Of a stretch of 64,000 nucleotides of DNA, positions 9,989 to 18,511 are shown piece by piece (position 1 is the stretch's first letter; the number at the start of each line of letters is the position of its first letter). A program made the translations under genes and the position numbers. Where the stretch lies: contig CAYQCW010000008.1 in NCBI GenBank assembly GCA_964416155.1, positions 32,077 to 96,076 on the forward strand, in the 5' to 3' direction. A model generated the notes under the pieces. The model saw only the letters and a program-made list of their open reading frames with translations. It was not told the DNA's origin and ran no database searches. The stretch is from an uncultured Nitrososphaerota archaeon. Lineage in GTDB: Archaea > Thermoproteota > EX4484-205 > JAAOZP01.

Positions 9989-10722
9989 GGCTGTTACCAT
10001 GCCGAGGCCCAGCTCGAAAGCGTAGAACATCGGCACATACACGTTTTTCGCGAAATCAGCCATGAAGAAGATAACGCTTCCGGAGAGAAACGCTAGAAAA
10101 GATGTTCCTAGTATGAAGATAGAGCCCAGAGAAACCCTTTCACTCCTTCGCGTCTGAAGCATGCCTGTCTTCAACCCTTGAAAAAAGATGAACGAGGGCG
10201 AGTGAAGCGGAATAGAGGAGTGAGCAGAGGCTGAAAAAATATCCTCCACCCAACTCGTTTATTATGAATCCTGTGAACTCGACTGAAATGGCCCAACCTA
10301 GGGAGGCGGCTGACCCAAAAAACGCCCATCGACCTGCCACGGTTCTTGGCTGAGGAGATTTCTGACAGGAGCACCATTGCAGCCGGGTAGGACGCTGAAC
10401 CCACAAAGCTCTTGCAACGAGGAGAATTGCGAGGGCAAGCCTATTCTTTAGCAAAATCATAACTATGTATCCGAGCGCGTAGCCCGTGGTTCCAAGCTTG
10501 AAAAACAACCTGTTCATAGCTCTGTCAGACAAGTATCCCCATGTCACCTGCCCTATGAGGCTTGATACTGCTATGGAGGACAGAAGCAGGTTGACGGAGC
10601 CTCCATCAAAACCGTTCGTAGAAAGATAGAGTCCCCGGTACTAAAAGCCCGGAGGCAGCCATGAACAGTATGTTGTAAGCGAAGATGACTAGTAATGGAC
10701 TAGGGCGAGTTTTTTCCCGCAA
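9989..10722 (-). pseudogene. Truncated, frameshifted MFS transporter
   Basis: TTG at 10722. Hydrophobic fragments in several frames (WGYLSDR motif A, KNRGRSMG). Only about the N-terminal half is present, ending at the creatininase stop. Confidence 0.75.
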
Positions 10723-10874
10723 TATTTCCCCTTACGAGGTTCATAGTAGCTGGCTTCAAACTCCCCGCTTAAACGCGGATATAGGCTTTTTTAAAATCTA
10801 GAGTATTCGCGATGAAAACTTCACAGCAACACGCTAATTCTTATGAGGCGATTGCAGAGGAGTCGGACTTAATA

Positions 10875-11933
10875 TTAATGGCTTAAGCCACTGATTTTTA
10901 AAGTTTGATTCTTTTTCTCTCCTCTCAGGATTGATGTCACCCGAGAAATGTCGAATTTCGGAGTTCCATCAACATAACAGAGACCGAAGCATGCGTGTAC
11001 AGGGCTGTTTTCACTTTTTATTTTCCCGTGAAACGGGTTGTCCCGCCACTCATATATGAATACGCCATTTATTCTACCCGAGTAATCCTTGTTGACCCGA
11101 CTTATTACGTCAGATAACTGTAAATAGACCCTCATAAAGTTATTCGCATCCTGAATAGGAATTATCTTCTTTCCATCAAGCGTCTCAATGCTATTCGTTT
11201 TCCCCTTTACCTTCGTCTTTACCACTCTATAGCCAACTCCAGCGTGAAGACCTGTTTCACTTATTATAAGTGGCTTATTGTACTTTTCAAGCTCGTTCAA
11301 AAGACTGCGAAGCATAAACTCAAACTTTGCTAGTCTTAAATTAGCTTCCCTCGCATCCGTAAGAAACCTTTTATTGTGTTCAAAAGCATCCAGCGTAAAC
11401 CAGTCTTTTGCCTCCATGGGATAGCAGTTAACGGAATATATGTCAACAGCTTCGACAATGGGCACAACCCATTCTTTTATCTTCCCATCGAAATCTAAAC
11501 CAAATCCTTCCATAGCATAGGTAACTGGCGTATTGAATCCGTGTTCCTGAATAAGTTTCCTAGTTGCAGTGATTAAGCTCGAAAGCGCGAATGCTAATCT
11601 TCCTGTAAACTTCCAGTTGGGTGGTTCACCCTTCATGTATTCTCTAAGTTCATTTCCCAAACATATTGCAGTTAAAGGAATGCTCAATTTATGCGTTCCC
11701 AGAATATGTTCCTGTTTAATTTCGTTACGCCAATCTTTCAGAAGATTTTCAGAATCTACATATATCCCCGCATACAGGCTCATATTCAGCTTCTTAATAA
11801 TTCCTGCAATTTCTTCAGAATGCTCGTAGTTATAGGTCCTGACGGCGTTAATACCCGTCTTCGCTGCCTCGCTGAAACCCGAGTTCTCAATTCTCCTGAT
11901 ACCGGAAGGGTGAAACCATGCGCCGATAATCAT
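10875..11933 (-). CDS. Clan GH-A glycoside hydrolase, GH17-like (putative beta-glucanase)
   Basis: AVRTY, AICLGNEL (acid/base), SVNCYP and KPLIISETG (nucleophile). Visibly AT-rich. Start is likely MIIGAWF. Confidence 0.65.
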   Translation of the reverse strand: MIIGAWFHPSGIRRIENSGFSEAAKTGINAVRTYNYEHSEEIAGIIKKLNMSLYAGIYVDSENLLKDWRNEIKQEHILGTHKLSIPLTAICLGNELREYMKGEPPNWKFTGRLAFALSSLITATRKLIQEHGFNTPVTYAMEGFGLDFDGKIKEWVVPIVEAVDIYSVNCYPMEAKDWFTLDAFEHNKRFLTDAREANLRLAKFEFMLRSLLNELEKYNKPLIISETGLHAGVGYRVVKTKVKGKTNSIETLDGKKIIPIQDANNFMRVYLQLSDVISRVNKDYSGRINGVFIYEWRDNPFHGKIKSENSPVHACFGLCYVDGTPKFDISRVTSILRGEKKNQTLKISGLSH

Positions 11934-12017
11934 GGTTCTACACCACAAGTAAATGTATTCGGTAAACTAACTTAAAAATATTTTCTGAAAGTTTAGGCTA
12001 GAAAAATATCTTGTAAA

Positions 12018-13895
12018 CTAATATGGAAGTATCCACATGTTTTTCAAAATAAGCCCGATAGCCACGCTAATCGTTATGATTAAACCAACCCCCAGAGAAG
12101 TCCCAGCGACTATCGCATTCCTGTAGCGTGACCAGAAGTCCTGCCCTATTCTTTTTTCAACCAGTTTTCCAATAATCATCCCTATCAGTAAGGAGACAGA
12201 GTAGGGTAGTGGTTGCGCTGCGCCTGCAGACAGAGCTATGACAGGAATGCCTAGGCGCGTCGCCTCGGAGACAGCGAAAACAATAAGGCCAATTGTGAAG
12301 AAGCCGGCTACGATAAGCGGGTTGAGCAAGCCAGCCGCACCCCCTGAAGCGAACAGGCGGAGCCATCGAGCCTGAACCGGCCAGTAAATATTCGTACCCG
12401 GGTAAACGTTAGACGGCATTGGCGCGATGTTCCAGAAGGCAGACACGTAGATGAAGCCAACCAGCCAGGCAATTGGGAAAACTAGGAAATACGTCTTATA
12501 CATGGTCTTTGAAGGCGTGTTGCAAAGTTGACCAATCTTCATGAAGTAGCAAAAATCAGCCCCGAAAGTAGTGATAATAAGTGGACCGAACCATATTCTG
12601 GTATCGTTAAAGCCTGTTGCACCCATGTATGCGAGGAACATTCCCTCCTTAAGGTATGGAACATCCTGCTTAAAACCAACGATCCCATAGGATCTTGTGC
12701 CTACTAAAGTGTATATGAATGACCATCCGGAGGAAAGAGCAAGAAGCAGCAGTAGGAAAGTTACTGGGAGACCAGGTATCAGGTAGGCGAAAAGAGTGAC
12801 CGACCCAACAGTTGAGCCGAAGAACAGCGTTAGAAGAAACCATAACGGGTAATTGTCAACACCCTTGCCGACCCTTATTCTCAAGAGGCTTTTTAGAGAG
12901 TTGATGAAAATTTGAGGGTTTCTCAATATTGGGAGGACTCCCGCAGCTATGGCTAAGCCTATTATTGGGCTTACCCAAAGCTCGAAAAGCGAATGCTGGT
13001 ATATTGTTGAAAGAGAGGAGCCTGGAGACCAATAGCTGAACAGTCCCCTAAGGGCCGGCAACGGTGATTCGGAACTAGTGAGGAAACATCCGAAGAAGTA
13101 GAAAGCCATTCCGCTTGCAAACAAGGTTAGGACGACGTTTACCGGAAGTATGAACCCTATCACGATGCTTATGATATCAGTCGCTACGCCGAACGAAGCC
13201 CCAGGTAGAAACGGCTCTATTCTACCAGTAAGGTCTATCCATGGGATTGGAATAGTCGTATAACCCAGTACTAGTGCCGGCAAATAGACTAGAAGCCCGT
13301 AGACGAAGCCCAGCGCCGCCGACAGTGTGAAAACCCTAGTTCTCCTAGGATCCGTCCTCTCTGAAAGCGTCAGAATGGCGTCAGCCCCGACTTGAGCAGT
13401 TGGAAACGGCAGGTCCTCAACCTCGATGAACATGCTTTTCGCGATGAACGCCATAGACATGTCTGCAAGTTTCCAAAGTAGTCCCCCTACTAGAGACATG
13501 AGAATAGGTGTGATGAAGCCAGATGAGAAAAACGTTCTATAGATAAACAGGTTTGTCTCTGGAGAAGGAGCCCACCAATCCGGTATGTTTAACCCATAGG
13601 CATAGGGACTGGTTCTAAACCAGGTGGCATATATCCACTGGATGCTTATAACCTCAAAGCAGATTTGATGTCCCATCATCCATATTAGGAATGCCTCTTG
13701 CCTGCTTAACGGGTGTCCAGCCAGAAACCCGAGTTCAACGGCAAACAGTAGCAGAGTATACTGGATCCCGGAGCTAAGGTTACCGCCGCTGTAAAGCTGA
13801 TACCATATTGCCGCCGGCAAAAGAACTATTATGCCATAGAGTATCACTAGAAAGGATCTCCAGGTTAACCCTGAGATGCCTTTAGCACTACTCAT
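12018..13895 (-). CDS. OPT/YSL-like polytopic membrane protein (module 1, gene C)
   Basis: Many TM segments and the FIEVEDLPFP motif. Paralog of 51589-53508. ATG at 13895 overlaps the upstream stop. Confidence 0.75.
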   Translation of the reverse strand: MSSAKGISGLTWRSFLVILYGIIVLLPAAIWYQLYSGGNLSSGIQYTLLLFAVELGFLAGHPLSRQEAFLIWMMGHQICFEVISIQWIYATWFRTSPYAYGLNIPDWWAPSPETNLFIYRTFFSSGFITPILMSLVGGLLWKLADMSMAFIAKSMFIEVEDLPFPTAQVGADAILTLSERTDPRRTRVFTLSAALGFVYGLLVYLPALVLGYTTIPIPWIDLTGRIEPFLPGASFGVATDIISIVIGFILPVNVVLTLFASGMAFYFFGCFLTSSESPLPALRGLFSYWSPGSSLSTIYQHSLFELWVSPIIGLAIAAGVLPILRNPQIFINSLKSLLRIRVGKGVDNYPLWFLLTLFFGSTVGSVTLFAYLIPGLPVTFLLLLLALSSGWSFIYTLVGTRSYGIVGFKQDVPYLKEGMFLAYMGATGFNDTRIWFGPLIITTFGADFCYFMKIGQLCNTPSKTMYKTYFLVFPIAWLVGFIYVSAFWNIAPMPSNVYPGTNIYWPVQARWLRLFASGGAAGLLNPLIVAGFFTIGLIVFAVSEATRLGIPVIALSAGAAQPLPYSVSLLIGMIIGKLVEKRIGQDFWSRYRNAIVAGTSLGVGLIITISVAIGLILKNMWILPY

Positions 13896-16800
13896 GGTTC
13901 TTAGCCTCCTCAAATTTCTCTCGAATTTCGCGTGCTTTCTCAATCGCTTCCAACTTGTCTGCCGCGGGAAGGGTCCTCCAAATAAGCAGTTGTTTGCGAA
14001 GACTGTCTACAAACCTGTATCCTGCTTTCTGCCACATGTAAAGCGTACCGGATTTTCTATTTAGACGGAGAGCGTATTTGAAATTGGTTTCGCCAGCATC
14101 TTTGCGGATCAGTATTTCAGCCCTCTGCGAGATCCCCATGTCGAAAGGAGGCAGAGTGGTGTCAACAATTATGATCTTCTCAACAGCCCCGTCTTCAACC
14201 CTTTCAGACAATGCGAGATTATCCGTCCTAAAGGCGCCTACCTCAGCCGTTGTAAAAGCCTTGAAAAACTCGGCTAAAAACATTATGATCCCATCGGTTT
14301 CCTCAGGTGAGGAGGTGAAGGGTAACGGTATGTCCCAGACGTCGCCCTGAGGCCTGGTTTTAAGCTTCCAAACCCTTTCAACCGAGGGCGTGACCATCCT
14401 TGAAGCCTTCATAACAGGATAGATGGAGGACGCTATCGTGGTTAATATCGATATTGAGACTGTTAAAATTACGATCGTTGAGGAAAAGTTAGGGTAAAAG
14501 TCTTTCGGCATCAATTGAAACATATAGAGGAGATTGGTTCCCACAAGCCCTACAACGTATCCGAGAACCGCTGCCACAACGGAGTACACTAACGTTTCCG
14601 ACAGAAAGAGACCAGCAACATGCAGTGGCGAGAGTCCCAGTGAACTGAAAATACCGATCTCTCTAACCCGTTCATACACGTTGGCCAGCATCGCGTCCAA
14701 GATTGCCAGAGCGGCAATGATAATCGGGAAAACAAGATGCTCAATCCCCCTGAGGAAGAACCATGCTTGCTGTTGGAAGTTGGCCCTCTGACCCCCGGCG
14801 CTAGCGTAAACGACAAACGGCAGCCTGTTAGAAAGGCTTTGGGCAAATTCGAAAACCCTGCTTTGGTTACGGAATTTAGCGACTATCTGCACCGGAGGAT
14901 AGCCCAACCTTTCTGCAAGCGAGTATGGAACTATAAGTACCGATTGAGCAGGGATATGCTGAATGCCGCCTGCCCATTGGACACCCCAGTTGATGGGCGT
15001 CACCTTATACAGGTTTAAATCAACTAGGCTGTTGAAAATGGAAGAGTCGAAGATTCCGACGATAGTCAGATTGACTCCACCGACATAAATTGCGTCGCCT
15101 ATTCTCCAGCCGCAGGTGTCTGCAGCCTCCCTCGGTATTATGGCCGTGTAAGAACTGAGTAGCCCGGAGCAATTCGGAAGAGTAATACCCTGCTCGAAGA
15201 TGGGGTCTTCAGGCACAACTGCCAGTAAAGCAGAAAAGACGTATTGTGTTTCAGGCTGGTTATTCGTGATCCTAGTGATCTTTATCTTCGTCCCCGGAAG
15301 CTGGCCTCCCAAGACCGACACGTAGCCGCTGGAAGTATAGATCCAGCTTCTTGGACATATAACGGCTTCGTCTCCGATCTCCACTTTAAGAAGGCCCTCC
15401 AGATATGATGGCAGGTACCTGAATTCACTTATCAGGATTCCGTCATAGTAGGTTTTCCCAGGTTTCGGAATGGTTCTGACTATTGATATCAAGTATATGG
15501 ATGTTAACGAAATAAGGGAGAACACTATCAACGTGATTGTTACGAGTGTAAGAGTAGTCCGCAGCCTTCTCTTCCTCATGTTAGATATGCCCATTGAGAA
15601 AGCTATTAGAACTGCACCGAACCGGCTTATCTCGGCGAAATGTTTGCCGATGACTTCTTCTCTAAAAGCCCTGATAAAGCCCGATATTCTGCCCCATAAT
15701 ATCCCTATGATGGGGGTGACGAAAACCAGGATTGCTATGCCAACCAGCATTATATAGATGTTTGTTGCCAAGTGAAAACCAGGGTGGAACCAGTAGAGCA
15801 GAGATGTGAAAAGCGCGAAGACTCCGCATGCATACAATATTCTCCGCAGGCCGCTTCTCGGCGAGAACACGAGTTCTACCAAGAGTATTGAAAATGGAAC
15901 TAAAAGTATGAAAAAGAATAGGGTTGATGAAATTATTTCGAAAATTAGGCCCCTTGTAAACGTGTAAGCGTTTATCTCGCTCTGCCAAGCAGCGTAAGTA
16001 GCGTAGACCATGCGAGAATAGTTAAACCCAGCTTCTGCCGAGAAACATCTTGAAGCCTCGCTTAACAGATTGCCCGTATTTTTGGAAAACTCTAAAGCAG
16101 GAGCGCTCGCAGCCAAGTAGCTTGACGCCAAGTCAAGCCTATGCTTGTTCAAAAGATGGAAATCCTTAACAAGCCTTAAAGGCGTGGCTAGGATAATTGA
16201 TGTTTCACCCTGTTTCACCGAGAATCCTTGTCCTTCGAGAATTTCTTCGGTAATATTTTTCAAAACCCCCCGGGGGAAGGGTATTCCCGGACTGCTGACT
16301 ATAACCTCAATAGGCACGCATTCGGGTACAAATATCATCGTTATGTCTTCACCCTCGATGAAGCTGTCGCGAACATAGCCATAGGATGTAGGTGGAGTAT
16401 GACCCCGCGAATCTAGAATAGAGATGCTCCCGAGCAGGTTCACCGGTGGAATAAGGTTGAATAAGACTATTGAGCCGCATGGGAATACTGGAAAATAGCG
16501 GGGTGCATCCGGAGTCCCGATACGCCCACTGTCAACCTGGAAGGAAATAGGGTATACGTCGGATCTTTGCTGCCACAGCTCAGGGGCATATATAACGCTT
16601 CCATTCTCGTTGAAGACGAATGCCTCAACCATAACTTTTGGAACTGCGACCTCAGCAACACCCACGCCCAGCTGCTGCGCACCCGCATAGGTTGTCTCTG
16701 AAGGCAGCCCGTGAACCACAAAAACACCGTTCTCATCCGTTTTACACAACGAGTAGAAATGTGGAGAATACCCGTCTTCTGCATAAGACAGGTGGACTGA

Positions 16801-18450
16801 AACCAGCGCGTGAGGTACTCCCTCAAACCATCCCTTCGCATAATCGTATGTAACAATTTTCCCAGTTAGGGTAACGAAGCCGCCTGCGTTTGGCTGTAAA
16901 GCGTACCTCGTTGGCCCAATACCCTTGCTTCCGAAGTCGGGACCGTTTATCAGGCTTGACGCTAAGGCCGCTGTAAACCTAACCTGTTTCTTAGTGTTTT
17001 CGAACCTTCTCTGAGAGCCGAGACTATTCTCATAGGTGTCTGAAGGCGTGGAGCAGAAGGTTCTGAAAGAATTTGCGGTGGCTACTGTTATGCCGACTCC
17101 GCCCGCTACAACATATGGTTCATGGTCGAAAGCTAGGTTAGTCGGCAAGTACACTCTCCATTCCCTCACGCGTAAACCGTCTTCAACACTTATATCGAGG
17201 CCTAGGCTCTGCAGAATCTTCTTCACCTCGGACTGCGATCCGAATAATCTATCACGGAGCCAAGTATACCGTAGGAGAGAGGCCTCGAAATAATAGTTGT
17301 ACCCGCAGAAGAACACCCCTAGATCGCTCACGTCGGAAGTCAGATCAAAATTTATCCACATGCTGATCTTCTTGCTTGTTTCCTCGAAGTGTCGCTCCAC
17401 AAACTCTCTAGAGCCCTTTAACCCTCCGTAGTGAGAGCCTATAGCAAGAAACCATATTGTTCTCTCCGGAGGATTATCCTTAAAACAGGAAGCCAGCTCC
17501 ATGATCATCGCAATGCCTACAGCCTCATCTGCTCCAGGAGCCACTCCAACCACGTATGATTGTGAATCGTAGTATGCGCTTAAAACCACAATCTCCTCTC
17601 TTCTTCCAGGTATTACGCCTAGAATATTCCAAGCTGGCTTTTCCTCCCAAGAAGCATTCAGCCTAATTCTTACTATAACTTCGCCGGTTGTCAGAAGATC
17701 AATCAGATTCTTAGCATCCCTTCTTGGAACCACGAGCCTAGGAATATTTAACGGTATGCCTAGGTAGTTGACTCCCCCCCTGAAAGCCAATCGGGGTGCA
17801 TCCGGAAGCCTAGCGTTTAAAGAACTTTGAACGTTATTGTAGATTTCTGGCTCAATGAATAACACGGCTTTAGCGCCAAACATCACCGTGCGAATCCAGT
17901 TCCCGCTGTTCTCATAGTCCACAAGCACTATCGTATCATTAAGGTTCTTTCCTCCAAGCTCCGACAGGGACGCTTTCCCAACGTAGACCAGCCTCCCCTC
18001 AATACCCTCCGGAGGAGTCATACCAGGGTTTAGACCCATCGGGTACATTGTTAAAACATTGTCAATAGTAAACTGGAATGGGGATAATACTTGAACTCTT
18101 GCCTCGTGAATCATTGGGACGAGAACCGTAAAGTTTTCAAAGTAACCGTAAGGACCCGGTTTAAGACCATTTTTCACGAAGTTTTCATATATGTACTTAG
18201 CAGCAGCTTCATAACCGGAGTAGCCTGGGGTCCTGCATCCGAGGCTAGATAGATACTTAACGTGCTCGCGAATCGCGTCTGCGTTTATGGTGTTTGCGAC
18301 CTCGCCATTTTTAAAGACCTGCAGCCCGTCTGCCTCAAGTTGATAAGCAATGTTAAAAACGACCGTTGGGCAAAAGAGGAATATGATAGACAGTAGAATG
18401 AGCCTTCTTCTCCATACTGATTGAAGCAGGGCTTTTCCCATTAGAGACAT
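13888..18450 (-). CDS. Large fusion: signal/anchor + PA + degenerate M28 (nicastrin-like) ectodomain + MacB/FtsX permease + cytoplasmic tail (module 1, gene B)
   Basis: RTPGYSGYEAAAKYI; PA-like GRLVYVG...GAKAVLFIE; SAYYDS..PGADEAVG..RTIWFLAIGSHYGGLKGS; RRRLRTTLT; ERVREIGIFSSLG FtsX signature. Confidence 0.8.
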   Translation of the reverse strand: MSLMGKALLQSVWRRRLILLSIIFLFCPTVVFNIAYQLEADGLQVFKNGEVANTINADAIREHVKYLSSLGCRTPGYSGYEAAAKYIYENFVKNGLKPGPYGYFENFTVLVPMIHEARVQVLSPFQFTIDNVLTMYPMGLNPGMTPPEGIEGRLVYVGKASLSELGGKNLNDTIVLVDYENSGNWIRTVMFGAKAVLFIEPEIYNNVQSSLNARLPDAPRLAFRGGVNYLGIPLNIPRLVVPRRDAKNLIDLLTTGEVIVRIRLNASWEEKPAWNILGVIPGRREEIVVLSAYYDSQSYVVGVAPGADEAVGIAMIMELASCFKDNPPERTIWFLAIGSHYGGLKGSREFVERHFEETSKKISMWINFDLTSDVSDLGVFFCGYNYYFEASLLRYTWLRDRLFGSQSEVKKILQSLGLDISVEDGLRVREWRVYLPTNLAFDHEPYVVAGGVGITVATANSFRTFCSTPSDTYENSLGSQRRFENTKKQVRFTAALASSLINGPDFGSKGIGPTRYALQPNAGGFVTLTGKIVTYDYAKGWFEGVPHALVSVHLSYAEDGYSPHFYSLCKTDENGVFVVHGLPSETTYAGAQQLGVGVAEVAVPKVMVEAFVFNENGSVIYAPELWQQRSDVYPISFQVDSGRIGTPDAPRYFPVFPCGSIVLFNLIPPVNLLGSISILDSRGHTPPTSYGYVRDSFIEGEDITMIFVPECVPIEVIVSSPGIPFPRGVLKNITEEILEGQGFSVKQGETSIILATPLRLVKDFHLLNKHRLDLASSYLAASAPALEFSKNTGNLLSEASRCFSAEAGFNYSRMVYATYAAWQSEINAYTFTRGLIFEIISSTLFFFILLVPFSILLVELVFSPRSGLRRILYACGVFALFTSLLYWFHPGFHLATNIYIMLVGIAILVFVTPIIGILWGRISGFIRAFREEVIGKHFAEISRFGAVLIAFSMGISNMRKRRLRTTLTLVTITLIVFSLISLTSIYLISIVRTIPKPGKTYYDGILISEFRYLPSYLEGLLKVEIGDEAVICPRSWIYTSSGYVSVLGGQLPGTKIKITRITNNQPETQYVFSALLAVVPEDPIFEQGITLPNCSGLLSSYTAIIPREAADTCGWRIGDAIYVGGVNLTIVGIFDSSIFNSLVDLNLYKVTPINWGVQWAGGIQHIPAQSVLIVPYSLAERLGYPPVQIVAKFRNQSRVFEFAQSLSNRLPFVVYASAGGQRANFQQQAWFFLRGIEHLVFPIIIAALAILDAMLANVYERVREIGIFSSLGLSPLHVAGLFLSETLVYSVVAAVLGYVVGLVGTNLLYMFQLMPKDFYPNFSSTIVILTVSISILTTIASSIYPVMKASRMVTPSVERVWKLKTRPQGDVWDIPLPFTSSPEETDGIIMFLAEFFKAFTTAEVGAFRTDNLALSERVEDGAVEKIIIVDTTLPPFDMGISQRAEILIRKDAGETNFKYALRLNRKSGTLYMWQKAGYRFVDSLRKQLLIWRTLPAADKLEAIEKAREIREKFEEAKNHE

Positions 18451-18492
18451 TCCCTAGTCACCTTCATGTCCAATCCTGTTTAAAAATGTAGA

Positions 18493-18505
18493 TAAAAAAA
18501 AGAGG
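18493..18505 (-). terminator. U-rich archaeal terminator after module 1 gene A
   Basis: CCTCTTTTTTTTA just after the stop at 18512. The identical 13-mer follows the paralog at 58143-58155. Confidence 0.6.
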
Positions 18506-18511
18506 GGAGTG

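Noticed and set aside
9497-10249. 250-aa minus-strand ORF overlapping the creatininase gene
   Set aside because: Only its part above ~9990 belongs to the MFS pseudogene; the rest is antisense read-through.
13888-18450. Calling the giant protein an active M28 aminopeptidase, or a gamma-secretase component working with the rhomboid
   Set aside because: Canonical Zn and catalytic residues are absent, no presenilin-like GxGD protease is present, and the rhomboid sits in a different operon.
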